Origin: Octopus vulgaris
Taxonomy: Eukaryota
Direction: 5' to 3'
Assembly: GCA_951406725.2 (NCBI GenBank)
Contig: OX597830.1
Coordinates: forward strand, 38,440,001-38,504,000
DNA length: 64,000 nt
Shown here: piece after piece, positions 39,467 through 52,864 of the stretch
How positions within the stretch are numbered: the first letter of the stretch is position 1
Layout of the letters: every line of letters begins with the position of its first letter
The notes under the pieces: model-generated
What the model was told of the DNA's origin: nothing
Database searches by the model: none
The model's input: the letters and a program-made list of their open reading frames with translations, nothing else
Translations under genes and position numbers: made by a program

Positions 39467-40362
39467 ATTCCTGCTTCCAAAAAGTGAAGAAACAAATGAA
39501 CCAAAAAACTATAGACCTATAACCTGCTTAACAACTATGTACAAAACGCTAACATCTGTCCTGACGGAATATACTTATAGTTTTTTAACAGACAGCAGCA
39601 TATTCCCTAATGAACAGAAAGGATGTAAACGTGGATCCTCCGGCTGTAAAGATCAACTACTCATCAATAAGATCATCTTAGAAGATTGTCACAAACGACA
39701 CAAAAGCTTATCAATGTCTTGGGTAGACTATAAAAAGGCTTTTGATAGCCTACCACATAGCTGGATCAGGAAATGCCTGGGAATGTATATGATAGCACCT
39801 ACTCTGCGAAACGTTTTGACAGTAAGTATGAGATCATGGAGAACCACACTAACTCTGAACAGTGACAATGAATCCCTAAATGCTGGTGATGTAAAAATTT
39901 CGATTGGAATTTCCCAGGGTGACTCACTGTCACCACTCCTCTTTTGTTTAGCCTTAATACCTCTCCCAAACTGCTCAATGACGCGCAGTACGGGTATAAA
40001 ATGTTTGATAAAAATATAAATCATCTCATTTACATGGATGATTTAAAGCTCTTTGCAAAAAATGACCAACAACTCAAGGGCTTACTAGCGATAGTCAAAC
40101 AATTCAGTGACGACATCAGAATGCAATTCGGCCTCGATAAATGTGCAAAAGCTACCTTTATCAAAGGAAAAATGACAGAAACATCTAACGTTAACCTTGA
40201 CCAGCAGAATGTCATAATAGAACTAGACCCAGCGGAGAGCTACAAGTACCTAGGGGTAATTGAAGGGAATGGAATAAGGCATTCAGAGATGAAGGAAAGG
40301 ATCAGGTGAGAATGTTATCGAAGAGTGAGAGCAATACTCAAGACAGAACTGAATGCAAAAAA
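39465..40362 (+). mobile_element. R4/Dong RT fragment, second subfamily
   Basis: NYRPITCL, NEQKGCKRG, WVDYKKAFDSLPH, QGDSLSPLLF and HLIYMDDLKL. Nucleotide sequence clearly diverged from 37225-39353. Confidence 0.9.
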
Positions 40363-41948
40363 AAAATGGCTGTGAAATTTAATGAAATACTTGCAGAGCC
40401 AGAGACAATGCCTCAATGGTTCTCTGAAGAGGAAACTATCCTAATTCCTAAATCCATTGAAACGGCAAACACACAAAATTACAGATCAATTACTTGTCTC
40501 CCTATAATTTACAAAGCCTTTACTGCAATAATATCGCAGAGAATGTGCAAACATCTGAAAGAAAACAACCATTTTCCAGAAGAGCAGAAGGGATGCTGCA
40601 AGTGCTCATATGGCTGTAAAGATCAGCTACTGATCAATAAAGTCATAAAGGGAAAAAAAGAAGAAGGGTCTAAGTATGGTGTGGATCGATTACCGAAAGA
40701 CTTTTAATAGTATTGCCCACACATGGCGCCTAGAAACACTAGCCATGAAAAATGTAGCATCAATACTCATGAAGTGCATAAAACATTCCACGAATAAATG
40801 GCAGACAGTGCTACAGCTCCAGACAAAATAGAGACACTCAGCAGTCAAAGCTATCACCATTAGAAGAGGAATATTCCAGAGAGTCAGGCTATCTCCACTA
40901 CGTTTCTGCTTGGCACTGACACCTTTATCTGATATGCTAAACATACCTGGATGTGGATACAATTCTTACGTCAAAACAATCAGCAATCTCATATATATAT
41001 ATATATGGTTGACCTAAAACTGTACGCTACAAATGATAAATAGCTGGAGACTTTAATACAGACAGTACACACTTTTACCAAAGAAATAAACATGAACAAA
41101 AGAAATAAACATTTGGATTAGGAAATGTGCTAAAGAAACCCAGAAAATAGGAAAATTAGTTAAGAGTAGCAATATCACGCTAAAGCAAATGAAATTAAAA
41201 GAATTAAAAATTAATGAACGAGATACAACGCACACAAATGAAAGAGAAGATGAGAAAAGCATACTACGGACGAGTTAGATTAATATCAGAACTCAATGCG
41301 AAAAACAAGTTAGATTAATATCAGAGCTCAATGCAAAAAACAAGATAATAGGTTTCAACACTCCAGCCGTCCAAGTTATAAGTTACAGCTACAATATTCT
41401 TAACTGGCCTCTAAATGAACTAATCAAAATAGAGATGAAAACATGAAAACTAATGACAGGATTTTAGAGACAATACTCAAAGTCTGACATATACAACGTA
41501 TCGAAGGTGGTAGAGGCTTTATTCAACCAATACACTGAAATAGAGAAATTAAGGCCAATAGGCAATATATAGGTATCAGAGATCACCAAGAAAACAAGTA
41601 CTTTCTAATCGATGTATCAATGCCAACAGATGACAATGTTTCCCTAAAAGAAACGGAGAAAGTTACAAAATACAAAGATCTGGAAATAGAAGTAAGTCGA
41701 ATGTATAACCTAAAAACAGACAATTCCTATCAAAGTAGACGTGTTTGGTATGATAAAGAAAAAAATTCAGACAAATACATAGCATAACACCAGGACTTAC
41801 AAGTATATATAACATACAGATAATAGCACTACCAGGCACCGCACACATCCTACGTAAAATACTTTCAATACAGTGAAAATAAGAATACGACGACAAACCA
41901 CAGCACATACAGCTATACTTAGTAGTGCAGAGAAATAAGACAACTGGA
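40363..41948 (+). mobile_element. Older, internally deleted R4/Dong copy ending in (TAA)n
   Basis: Colinear with 62800-63455 and 37225-39353 but with many stops and a large deletion near 41525. The 3' UTR abuts (AAT)n. Confidence 0.88.
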
Positions 41949-41962
41949 TAATAATAATAATG

Positions 41963-42019
<57 letters not shown>

Positions 42020-42106
42020 TTAATAATAATAATAATAATAATTTTAATAATAATAATAATAATAATGATAATGAGGATGACGATAATAATGATGATAGTA
42101 ATAATG

Positions 42107-42140
<34 letters not shown>

Positions 42141-42148
42141 AAATGATG

Positions 42149-42203
<55 letters not shown>

Positions 42204-42214
42204 TGAAAATGATG

Positions 42215-42268
<54 letters not shown>
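41949..42268. repeat. Long (AAT)n/(GAT)n microsatellite
   Basis: Read directly from the sequence. Confidence 0.95.
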
Positions 42269-43280
42269 GTGAATACTTTCTTATAAAGACATGTATAGAT
42301 TGATAGATGCATGCATACACACGTAACTATCTACATATATGTGAACGTGTGCGTGTGTGTGTGTGTAGTGAAAATGTCCGGAATGTAAGGAATCAGATAA
42401 TTTTAAGTATGACAACTTATTGATCTTTATATTTAAAAAAGATGTAAATATCGTTTTAAAACAGTAATATGAGATAACACTTGAACGTTATCAGTAATGC
42501 ACACAATTTTAATATCAAACAGTCGACTGATTTTGCAATCAATATTAACCATTTTAATTGCGTTTAAAAAGAGAACGCGTGCTGAATAGAAGCAAGAACA
42601 AAAGAAGAGACCGAACTTTTAATGTAGAAATGAAATTCGAGATTATTAATAGGATACATGAAAAAATGTCAACTAAGAAAGATTAGTTTAACATGTGACA
42701 ATCTTTATATATTTGCGTATTAAATTGTTATCATTATGATCATTGGCCACAATTAGAGACGGAAATTAAATTCATGGCCTCCACCTCAAAGTAAGGTAAC
42801 TTTCGTTAAGTTAGAATATCTATTCTTCAAAGCTATTTCTCTGCTTTACTATTGAAAACAGTACTATGGGGGTAACTGTGATAATCGTCAGTGCAATATG
42901 AAACTACCAACCATAATTTCGCTTCCCTGAAGTTGTGTAATTCCAGCATCAATGCTGTATACATGAGACATACATAATCAAGATATTCTCCGACTACAAA
43001 ACGTCTCGAAGATAACAGATTGGGTATATCAATACTTAACTAGTATAGTCTATCAGTTACATAATGTTATTTAGCGAGAGGTGATGTGATAGCAAATCAA
43101 TATCTCGGCTCATTTTCGATTCTTGTATGACGTTATTTGTTTTCATTTATGCAGCAATGTGACTCGGAAAGATATAATCACTTTACGAATACATTTCTAA
43201 TTATGTAATAAAATATATGGCTCTATGATAGTTACAAAACCGTTTTTTGGCTTATTTTAAAGTATATCAATGTTTGTAAC

Positions 43281-43281
<1 letters not shown>

Positions 43282-43369
<88 letters not shown>

Positions 43370-43407
43370 GAGAAATAAATAGAAGAGTGTCATACATACA
43401 CACACAA

Positions 43408-43478
<71 letters not shown>
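43282..43478. repeat. Compound (AGT)n(AAT)n...(CA)n(TA)n microsatellite
   Basis: Read directly from the sequence. Confidence 0.95.
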
Positions 43479-43479
<1 letters not shown>

Positions 43480-43639
43480 AATGAGCTAGTTTTGGTGAGA
43501 CATGGTGTGGTATAACTTTACTACAGGTTGTTGTGAAAAACCGCTAGAATGCATAGCGGAAACTAAATAGAGGTGCAGTTTTATCTTGTACCTCTGTATA
43601 TCCAAGTGAAGACCCTTGCTTCAGGACATTAGCAAAATG

Positions 43640-43870
43640 AATAATTCGAAAAAAAGTCGTTGCAACTGGCCCTTCCAGGTTTTTGTAGCACAGATGGACG
43701 GAAAAACGCAGAGTTCAGGCTATTAAGTTGCTGGCATTTGGAAGGGCATCCGGCCGTAACATTATAGCAAATAAGTTCCTTGTCAAACCTTCCAATACAA
43801 ATAAATTCCTATCAAACCTCCCAACCCAGGCTGGAATTGAAAATGGATTTTAAATGATAATGGTGATAAT
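43640..43870 (+). mobile_element. Decayed SINE (Meta-domain-like core, ATG-type tail)
   Basis: TGGCATTTGGAAGGGCATCCGGCCGTAA followed by CCAACCCA.GC...GAAAATGGA..TTAAATGAT and ATG-rich repeats. Confidence 0.5.
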
Positions 43871-44395
43871 AACGATAACAGCAACGAGATGATAATGATC
43901 ATGATGAACATTATGATGATGACATGAGTACGAATAGTTGTGTGTGTATAAATATGTTCCATTCAGTTAAAGTAAAGCGGCTTCAAAGCCATGGAAACAA
44001 CATGTATTTTCACATACATCAATCATCGAATAAAAGTAAAATAAAATATAACCAAAAATACGTTGCAAATGTTCCCCCCAAAAAATATCTAGCACGTATC
44101 AAGTGACCACGCTGTTGGATTTTGATTGACTACAAATAGCAACAAAAGTTCCACCTTAAAGTAGGAGGAAAAATTTCATGATGTTCTGCAATAGTCATTT
44201 TGGCGACAAAAAATATCATTCAAGGTTGTCATGGTGGAATGTCTTTAATCAAGCCTGAACTTGGACTGAAATGCTACAAAAACATTCGATGCCAAGTTCC
44301 TATGCAGGTGACAGATTGCATTTATTTGATATTCTTGAAGTAGGTATTAAATCAACTAAGTTTCACCGGTATTCTCTCCAGAAATGTACTTTGTC

Positions 44396-44487
44396 GTCTT
44401 TGGTGACTATCTGGGTAGACGTCGATGGATTTCTTGTCCTGGTCTTTGGCGACTATCTGGGTGGACTTCGATGGAATTCTTGTCCTG
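44396..44487. repeat. 2 x 46-bp tandem duplication
   Basis: GTCTTTGGTGACTATCTGGGTAGACGTCGATGGATTTCTTGTCCTG repeated with 4 substitutions. Confidence 0.9.
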
Positions 44488-47296
44488 ATAGGCCTGCTGA
44501 TTAAGGGCTAACATTACTCTGAACTACAACATAAATATAATAAATCGGAAACTGAGGAAAACACAACAAATCACAAGATTGTAACTAAACATAAATATTC
44601 TACAAAAAATTGGATATATCTATTTAGGTGTCCATTCAAGTATTTCAATCAAATCTCCCTCTGTTCTTTTCAACAACTGTATACAATTTACTTCTACAAT
44701 TAATTCACTGAATTACACTAACAATTATAAGAGAGAGAGAGCAAAATATCCGAATATATATCACTAATAATTCTCTTTATAATTTGTCTTCCGATATTTT
44801 ACTATGACTATTACTAATTCCACATCAAGAGGTTACATTTTCAAAGAATATGAATGATTTTTCTTTCTGAGATTTTTCAACATGGTTACTTGGCTTTTCA
44901 AGATGATATTTCTAAAACATATTCTGACACATTTTTTCTAATGGCAATGAACATGAATGCGACTGATTGATTAGGTTCACCTATGTAACTTTTTAAAGAC
45001 TAACTTAACTTTTTCTCATATATTTTATGTTGACATAGGCAAAAATGCCAACCTATATAATCTTCAATGTTTCTGGATAAAGATATGTAACTTTTTATGG
45101 ACATGTCATTCTACGACCGATACAAAAATAGCATGCTCTCGGGAAATCATATGAGATGTTCCAAAAAGTGTGTATGCCAATTGACTAGATTTTGCAGCCT
45201 TCGAAATACTGGTGTTCATTGTGCAAATGATATTAAAATGCAGAAAGTGAGGATGTCAAAATGATATAGATTTTGCAAAACAAATACGTATCCACAGACC
45301 TACGATATTTAATATGCGTGGAAAGAGTATATCCTTGTGTATTTGATTATACAAAGAACTATACACGGAAGTTTTACGACAGACTTTCATGATCAATAAA
45401 TTAATGCAGTTCATTTGAATTAAGATACTTATTAAAAATACTGAAAAGTTTAATGTTTCCAATATACAAACTTGTTTCCATACAGAAGGTAGCTTATATG
45501 AATAAGGCTATATCAAATATATAATTATGCTTGAATATAATTCATTTACCTTGAAATAAATTCATGAATTATCACTAATAAAATACAGCAACACTATTTA
45601 TGATACTCAGCAATACTAAACACATTATATGATTTCGGTTGTGGATACACGCACACACACAAACACAGTTGTACAATACTAAGATTAAGAAGCCTACTTT
45701 CCTCTGTATAGCATAAAATATAAGTCACTTCAGGATACCGTTTAATCTGATTTGGTGTCGGAAATCATACGAGTGACAAGAACTGTGTTCTGCACCGCTA
45801 AATACAAACAACATCAGAGAAACATTTGAATAATGAGGTCGATGCACTCGACTACACCCTGCCGCAAAATCGCCTTGTGACTATAGTCGAAAGGGTATAC
45901 AGTGCAGTTTGTTTTGTTTTAGACATTGTTGTATTTATTGATCCGAAACAAGGCAAAGCTAGTGGAAGCATAGTATTTTCAAGAATCAAGCTGAGTAATG
46001 CAATAACGACCTTGCAGGTCTAAAGTGTATAGCAGTAAAAGAGCCGTGGAAAGAAAGATAAGAATATGCTCCAGAAGAAAGTTCAGCGACAGACATAAAT
46101 TTTTGTAGGTAGCTCAACAAGAAAAAGAGGAAATACGACTCAAATTGAAGCTAAACATAATACTAATAAAGGATAAATCAATATTAGCGGTACAAGCTTG
46201 TCGTCGGGAAAAAGAAAGAGAAATTTTACCAGCCGGTCAGGAATATGAATTAACATGGAGAGAATGCGCTTCTTCCTATTTAAACGGTAAGGAACTGTCG
46301 TAGAGATATATGGATGACATAAGTACTGAGTGTTATATAAGAATACATTTAATTCGTATCCCATTTTTGATGTCGGACCATTACTTTATCAATGCACAAT
46401 TTACATGACTCCGCATTTGATAAAAAGATATATTTTTCCACGATAGTATTTTTCTAAAATATCAAATCCCATGAATCATCGCAGCACTTCCATATATTTC
46501 TGTAACGACATTTCATTTATATATCTGCAATTTAGCTGAGTTTAAATACTTTAATAAAAGTTTCGCACATAATGAATCCGTATGAAATATTAAGAGGCAA
46601 TTACATTATACATTTAACCGAAACTTTCTGGGAATTGCATGCCTATTAAAGAGACAGAGGAATACATTATCAAAAAAGGAAATGGAATACTGACAAAGCC
46701 CATCTCGAAATGGTCTGTATCACATATACATAATCACACAGAAATATACTGAATGAGGCCATAAATATTTAAACACACAAATATACATATTTTCCTTCAA
46801 GCCATAAATTTTCAGTTATATCAAAAAAATTGCAATCACACTGGTTCAGAACGTTATTACTTATCTAAACATAATTACTTGAATATGTGTCTCATCCTAT
46901 ATATCTTCTATGTTAAAATGTTATAATAGAATTTTATAACAGTAGTTGTTTTTAAATAATTAAGTATGTAATTATGCATAATTATTTTCATGTCTGCAGG
47001 TAGGCAATATTTCAATATCGATTATATACAGCGACATTTTTCATATTTTTCTGCCTTAGCGTTCTAAGTGTAGGTGTCCAAAGAAAATTATCGCTGAGGT
47101 TTCACTCAATATCATTAAAGTAGGCACAGCGGAATATGTTGATAGGAAAAAGAGAATAAAAACACGCAGAATATGTAAAACGTTTATGCGTCAGTCTATA
47201 AAAACATGCATAGATATAAATTCTCCTTACGTGCAAGTATCATTCAGTTTGTTTTCTTGTCAATGAAATCGAGAATATTTATCCATATAGAGAAAC

Positions 47297-47347
<51 letters not shown>

Positions 47348-49139
47348 TATACATATATATAAATATATATATTTGCCAACGAGTTGCAACTTAGTTTATT
47401 ACGGTAAGTAAAAATTTGGAAATTTCCTTTCGTTAACTTTGGCAATTTCAGGGAAGTATGTTTCTGGAGTAATGGGTGTTTCCGGGTTTTAAAAAGTTAT
47501 AGTGGATGAGTCCAGCAGTACACCGTCAAACAGTCACCCCGTAACCTTCTTTTTGAAGAACCCTGGTTTAGGTATGGTTTTCGACGCTTTATTTTAGGTC
47601 GACCTCTAAGAAAAACGTTTTTTTTATTATTGTGCAAAATTCACTATTAGTCGCAATGTACAATACGGTTGAAAAATGGATCGGTGTGGTTACGGAGACG
47701 AAGCAAGGAGCACATTTCATATCTACGCATTTTCTGATTTTCATTCAAATCGTGTGGTACCCATCTATCGAGCCGTTTTGATTTTCCAATCGCATGCACA
47801 TGGCTTCAGGCAGTTTTCTAGCTTCTATGTACATATAAACATATTATTTGAAGAAGATAATATTTGAAGATGACTGTCTCTATATTTTACGTAGTAATTC
47901 GTGGAATTGCAAGCAAAATCACATTAAAGGATTATGAGGTCAGATAATTATTTTGGACACTTTTACGTATTTACATATCCAGTGCATGTATCCGCAAATC
48001 AAAAAGACTGCAAATGAGATATCTGATCCGATAATACAGCAGCATGTTACAATCATGGAAATGACACCTTGGCGTATACCTAGTAATACAAAGATACATT
48101 ACATGAAATATTTGCCTATATACATAATTTTATACATTCAAACATATACATCTACAAAAGCGCGTGTAAACATTTATTGATTACTCTCACATGTGTGTTT
48201 CTTGCTGTTGTGTTACATAATCTTTTAGCGTTTACTGAGAATTTTAGTAATGATATATATGATTCAACGTGGAGGAAGAGACATTTCGTCCTGAGTTATT
48301 AGCTGGCGAGTTGTCGGATTTGAAAATCCATGTACGTTGCAAGTGGCGAGGTATCCGTGACGGTGGCATCTATTTACGAATCAGTTAATATTTTAAGCAT
48401 ATCTGTGTAGTGTAATTCTAGTTGAGTAAATGTTCCTGATGTTAGTACGATATAATCCCACTTTTAGAACATGGCTGTAGTTTACCCTGTAACACTGCAT
48501 AGCCATCACTGCTAGAATTGGTGTTTTTGTTTAATCAACAAGCAATTGCTGCAGGTTAATTAATAGGTGCCACATTGCTGACGAAAGTATCATCAATCAG
48601 ATTTAATGATTAATAGATGCAGCAGGTTTTTGTAGTACATGCAGTTACAAATGTGGCAGAAATGTTGTTTACAGCTTGCATTAGAGCAAAGAACTGCTGT
48701 TTGGAATGTTTCATATGAGGATTTTGGAATCCTTTCCCTGATTACTGAGTTGGGAGAGCGAGATTTAGTTCCTCTTGTGACAAGTCCATAAATATTCATC
48801 GGATGAGAACTCTATAAATTACAAACTTTCAGAGGCAGTGTATCACTGGGCGTTAAAGAGACATTAAAGATCTTATATAACATATTGGCTTGGGGTGGGA
48901 AACGTACAGATATTGACAGGAATCTTCTTGGTATATTATGGATACAACTCAAATGAAGGTTGAATAGAACAAGATTGTCATCCTGCCTTAAATATAGACA
49001 CACTCACGCACATATACATATTTATATATTCCTGGATACATATGAATGCGGTGTTGAGCGCTCTTTCTCATAGTTTGACTTTTAGGCATGAATACATATT
49101 TATATATATATATGCATGTACACATACTCACACACCCCA

Positions 49140-49285
<146 letters not shown>

Positions 49286-50099
49286 CATATAAATATAAAA
49301 ACATAATTGTGTGTATGTAAATGGAATTGTGTTCAAAGTCGTTTCAAAAATACGTATATGGGTTCCTTGCAGGTTATTGGAAAATGTCCTCAGATCGGAT
49401 TTTTGTTCCGATTTTCTGCGTTTTACGTTGAACTTCTACTCATGACAATTTGCACTTTCCTTCTTCTGATATTAATAAAATACAAGCGATGTATTGGTGC
49501 TACTGTGAAGAAGTCAACCGGATGCCTTGCATATTTTGAATCAGAAGTCCAAACCTCGCCATGGCGCACTTGTGCTGAGGACAAACTACGCGTCCATTAT
49601 AGAACCACCATATGGCATCCGTATGGTTTTAGTAAAGTCCACTCATTTGCAAGCACTCTGTCCCATTTTGTTGTTTGAGGTTACGTTCTTAGTTTCTTTA
49701 CAGTAATCTCGGTGACACTGTAATGCATCATGAACGAGCCGTCTCTTGTGATTATACGATGAGACTGTACTTTGTGTTGTGCATTTGTTGTGATATATAT
49801 GGTGAGCCAACGATCTTAATAAACTGAGCCGCCTTGAAAATTTAATGTTTCAATTCTGTTAAAATTAACACTTAATATTCCGTGGAATCACATTTGATGG
49901 AGAGTATGTTAATGTGTTTATTATGTTCATGTGCGTTTTTTTTTTTACTGTATATGAAAACGCGTGTATTGCTTTTATTATTATATTTTGTTTTCTATGA
50001 TACAAATTGAATGCTATATAAATATATTTTCTCTTACTCCCACGCTTGAATATATTTAGAGTGAAGTGTATGTTTCTATATTTTTCCAGTAGATTCTGA

Positions 50100-50520
50100 G
50101 ACATCGTTTTCTTATTTAGTGTGCTTCATTGTAATGACATCATTATGTTGTAGCATTTTTGTGGAGCATAATCTAAATGTACCTATGTGTAGACATGATT
50201 CATTTGATATTTTCAGCTGGACATTCTACGTCTAGAATGTGAGTCATCTGTTGCTATATGTTTTATTTCAACTCGTTCAGCACATATTTGTTTCCTTAAT
50301 CTTTGTTTAACTGCTCTGTCTTCTTGCGTGTTTGTTGAGAATGTATTGTCGACGTAGCAGTATACAACGTATGATAGTATATATACTTTCAACATTTTTT
50401 TTATTTATCATAACTGTGCTTAATGTAGTTTTAATCGCTGATTTGAACCATTCGTAGCTAACTAGTTTTGTGTCTATGGATAGCGAAAATCCACAACATT
50501 TGGAAAATATATAAATAATT
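50100..50520 (-). pseudogene. Highly decayed Penelope-like reverse transcriptase fragment
   Basis: Minus-strand YCYVDNTF resembles the YxRYVDDTF active-site motif. A downstream frameshifted LT.LDVE segment resembles LPFLDV. Confidence 0.45.
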
Positions 50521-51689
50521 TATTCACTTATGTACAAATACAACACCGCTTGCAATTACAACGTAGATCAATTGCAATAGACTACACCTTATGAAACAAA
50601 CTAAAACGGATTAGGAAAGCATTATTGTATTACAAATCATGTACTATGCAGAATTTCTCACAGAAATAGATGATTAATAATGAAAGCAGCACTCACAAAA
50701 TCGTACAATTCTGAAATATTTCCACAAATAAACAACACTACACGTTCACAAAAATAAACGTAACCCGTGAGAGGTTTAAATTTCGGTGACACTGTCTAAA
50801 CTAAACACGATTGCAATGCACTGGCAGAAGGCAGACTACATCAAATATCACTTTAACCAAAGGTAAATCTAATGGTGCAGAAAGTTTGAAAATGTATTTG
50901 GAAACTTTGTATTCCCAAACAATTTTGCAAGTAAGTTACGCGTAATAGAATATCTCAATGAATACGATGAAACCGTAAGACAGTCACGTATTGAGGACAC
51001 TATGTTTACACTAAACCTGATTCTCATATATAAAAATATAAAGCTACACGAAAATATAGTAAAAACCGACAGAAAGACATATTGACTACGCATTTCCGGA
51101 AGAAATCGATCCAACAAGACAGACACACGTCAACCCAGGAAAGAGAAGTCAAACAAGTGGAAGTTAGTTGCATTGTGAAGGTAAAGTAGCAGAAGTAAGA
51201 AGCAATTATTAAACAATAAATAATCAGCACTTGATAATAAACAGAGACCTATTTTACGAGAAATTACATAAACCTACATACATAAACTAAGAATTCTAGA
51301 GAAATTAAAGCTTCCCTACTCATCTTCAGTTCCTCAAAGCATACATAGAGACCGGATCAATTTACATTGCTCAGTGTTGTTAATAAACGTAGCTCCTTAA
51401 GCAACTTTCCAAAGAAAATATAAAGAAATCAAGGAAACAGTTGAGATCAAACTTTACTGCGAAGCTCCAAAATACCTCAAACATCAGAAAAGCTGTATAA
51501 AACCAAGCATCAAATTCATGAATTATGCATAGGCAAATATAATAAATGCACACACACATACAGTTAAACAAATGCTTAGCGGAATTCCCTCACATGTTGA
51601 TTACTTTGAACCACGCAAGCTCTAACCTCGAGATTAAAATAACTGTTACAAGGCGCACATACACACACACACACTGATTCACACACATG

Positions 51690-51950
51690 CGCACAAACAA
51701 ACAAAAGGGAACGCAGTGTAAATAACGGACAGAGTCAAGACTATCGAAAAGGTTGCAAGACACAACGAAAATTTTAGAAAATAAAAATAAGAAATAAGTG
51801 GAACTTTTACCGGTGTGTGTGTTAAATAATAAGGCACTAAAAGAGAATGACTCTCCCCAGACACAACAGAATATGTTTCAACACACGAACCCATATAAAG
51901 AATCTTGCAAACCAAATCCCAAAACGAAAGATAAAGATATTGTTAAACAA
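51690..51950 (+). mobile_element. Decayed short element related to 53235-53512
   Basis: Shares the tail AATAT.TGTTTCAACACACGA...ATAAA.AATCTTGCA and a hammerhead remnant GTTG(caagaca)CAAC-GAAA at about 51750-51775. Confidence 0.55.
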
Positions 51951-52571
51951 CACTTTCCAAGTATCTGTATCACCTTGCTGGAGAGAAACTTCTTGAAACA
52001 ATCCACGCTCGTAATTATATGCTTATGATTACATTGAATATTTTATAATATATCAATATTACTTTTTTTTAATGCAGCAATGAGTCAAATAAATACGGTA
52101 TAGCAGTTAATTAACGCCATGAAACATACAAACTTGATGCACATTAAATAATTGGTAGCAATGCTAACATTGATTAAGAAAACGTTTATCTGACAAATAG
52201 TAATCTTCACGTATAGACATACATATATACATACATAGTAAAAAACCACAGGAAAATTATATACATACATAGATAGATACATACATACATATGTATGTAT
52301 AAATACATTTCTTGAATTTCATGTATTTCATATATTGATCTGTCTAATATGCTTATCCCTTTCTATACATACATGCATTATATTATATATACATGTATAT
52401 ATATATATAATAGTTCAATTCCGAGTAAGCTATTTGTCACCGAAATGCATTGCGAATAAGCCCGCCATTTTCATAGATATGTAAAGATAAACATTCGTAC
52501 ATGCTACGACGAATTCTACGGTTGGCTATCGAGCTTGTAACGTTATGTTTTTTCTTATATATCTTGGGTTT

Positions 52572-52635
52572 GTTGCACTGATGAACATGGAATGCATATT
52601 CTGCATTAATTGCGAAATCACAGGTGATATGTAAC
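52572..52635 (+). ncRNA. Type I hammerhead ribozyme motif
   Basis: GTTGCA-CTGATGA-[stem II region with AATGCA/TGCATT hairpin]-GAA-ATCAC(ag)GTGAT-A-TGTAAC. Stem I 6 bp, stem III 4-5 bp, triplet AUA. The base of stem II is mismatched (A/C). Confidence 0.72.
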
Positions 52636-52763
52636 TAAATTATTTTTTTAAATGATTTGCTTTGAAGTTTTGCATTCGGTAAAATTGTGTTTATTTTAGT
52701 AGTTTTGACCGCATTGGTCCCTCTTAGCATGTGGTATCTACGAATAGTAGTACCCTCAATATA

Positions 52764-52855
<92 letters not shown>

Positions 52856-52864
52856 GTATATACA

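Noticed and set aside
44396-44487. CRISPR-like repeat
   Set aside because: Two abutting copies with no spacer in eukaryotic DNA; an ordinary tandem duplication.
46980-47005. Recursive splice-site-like TGCAG|GTAGG
   Set aside because: Host strand unknown and the motif is too short to support a call.
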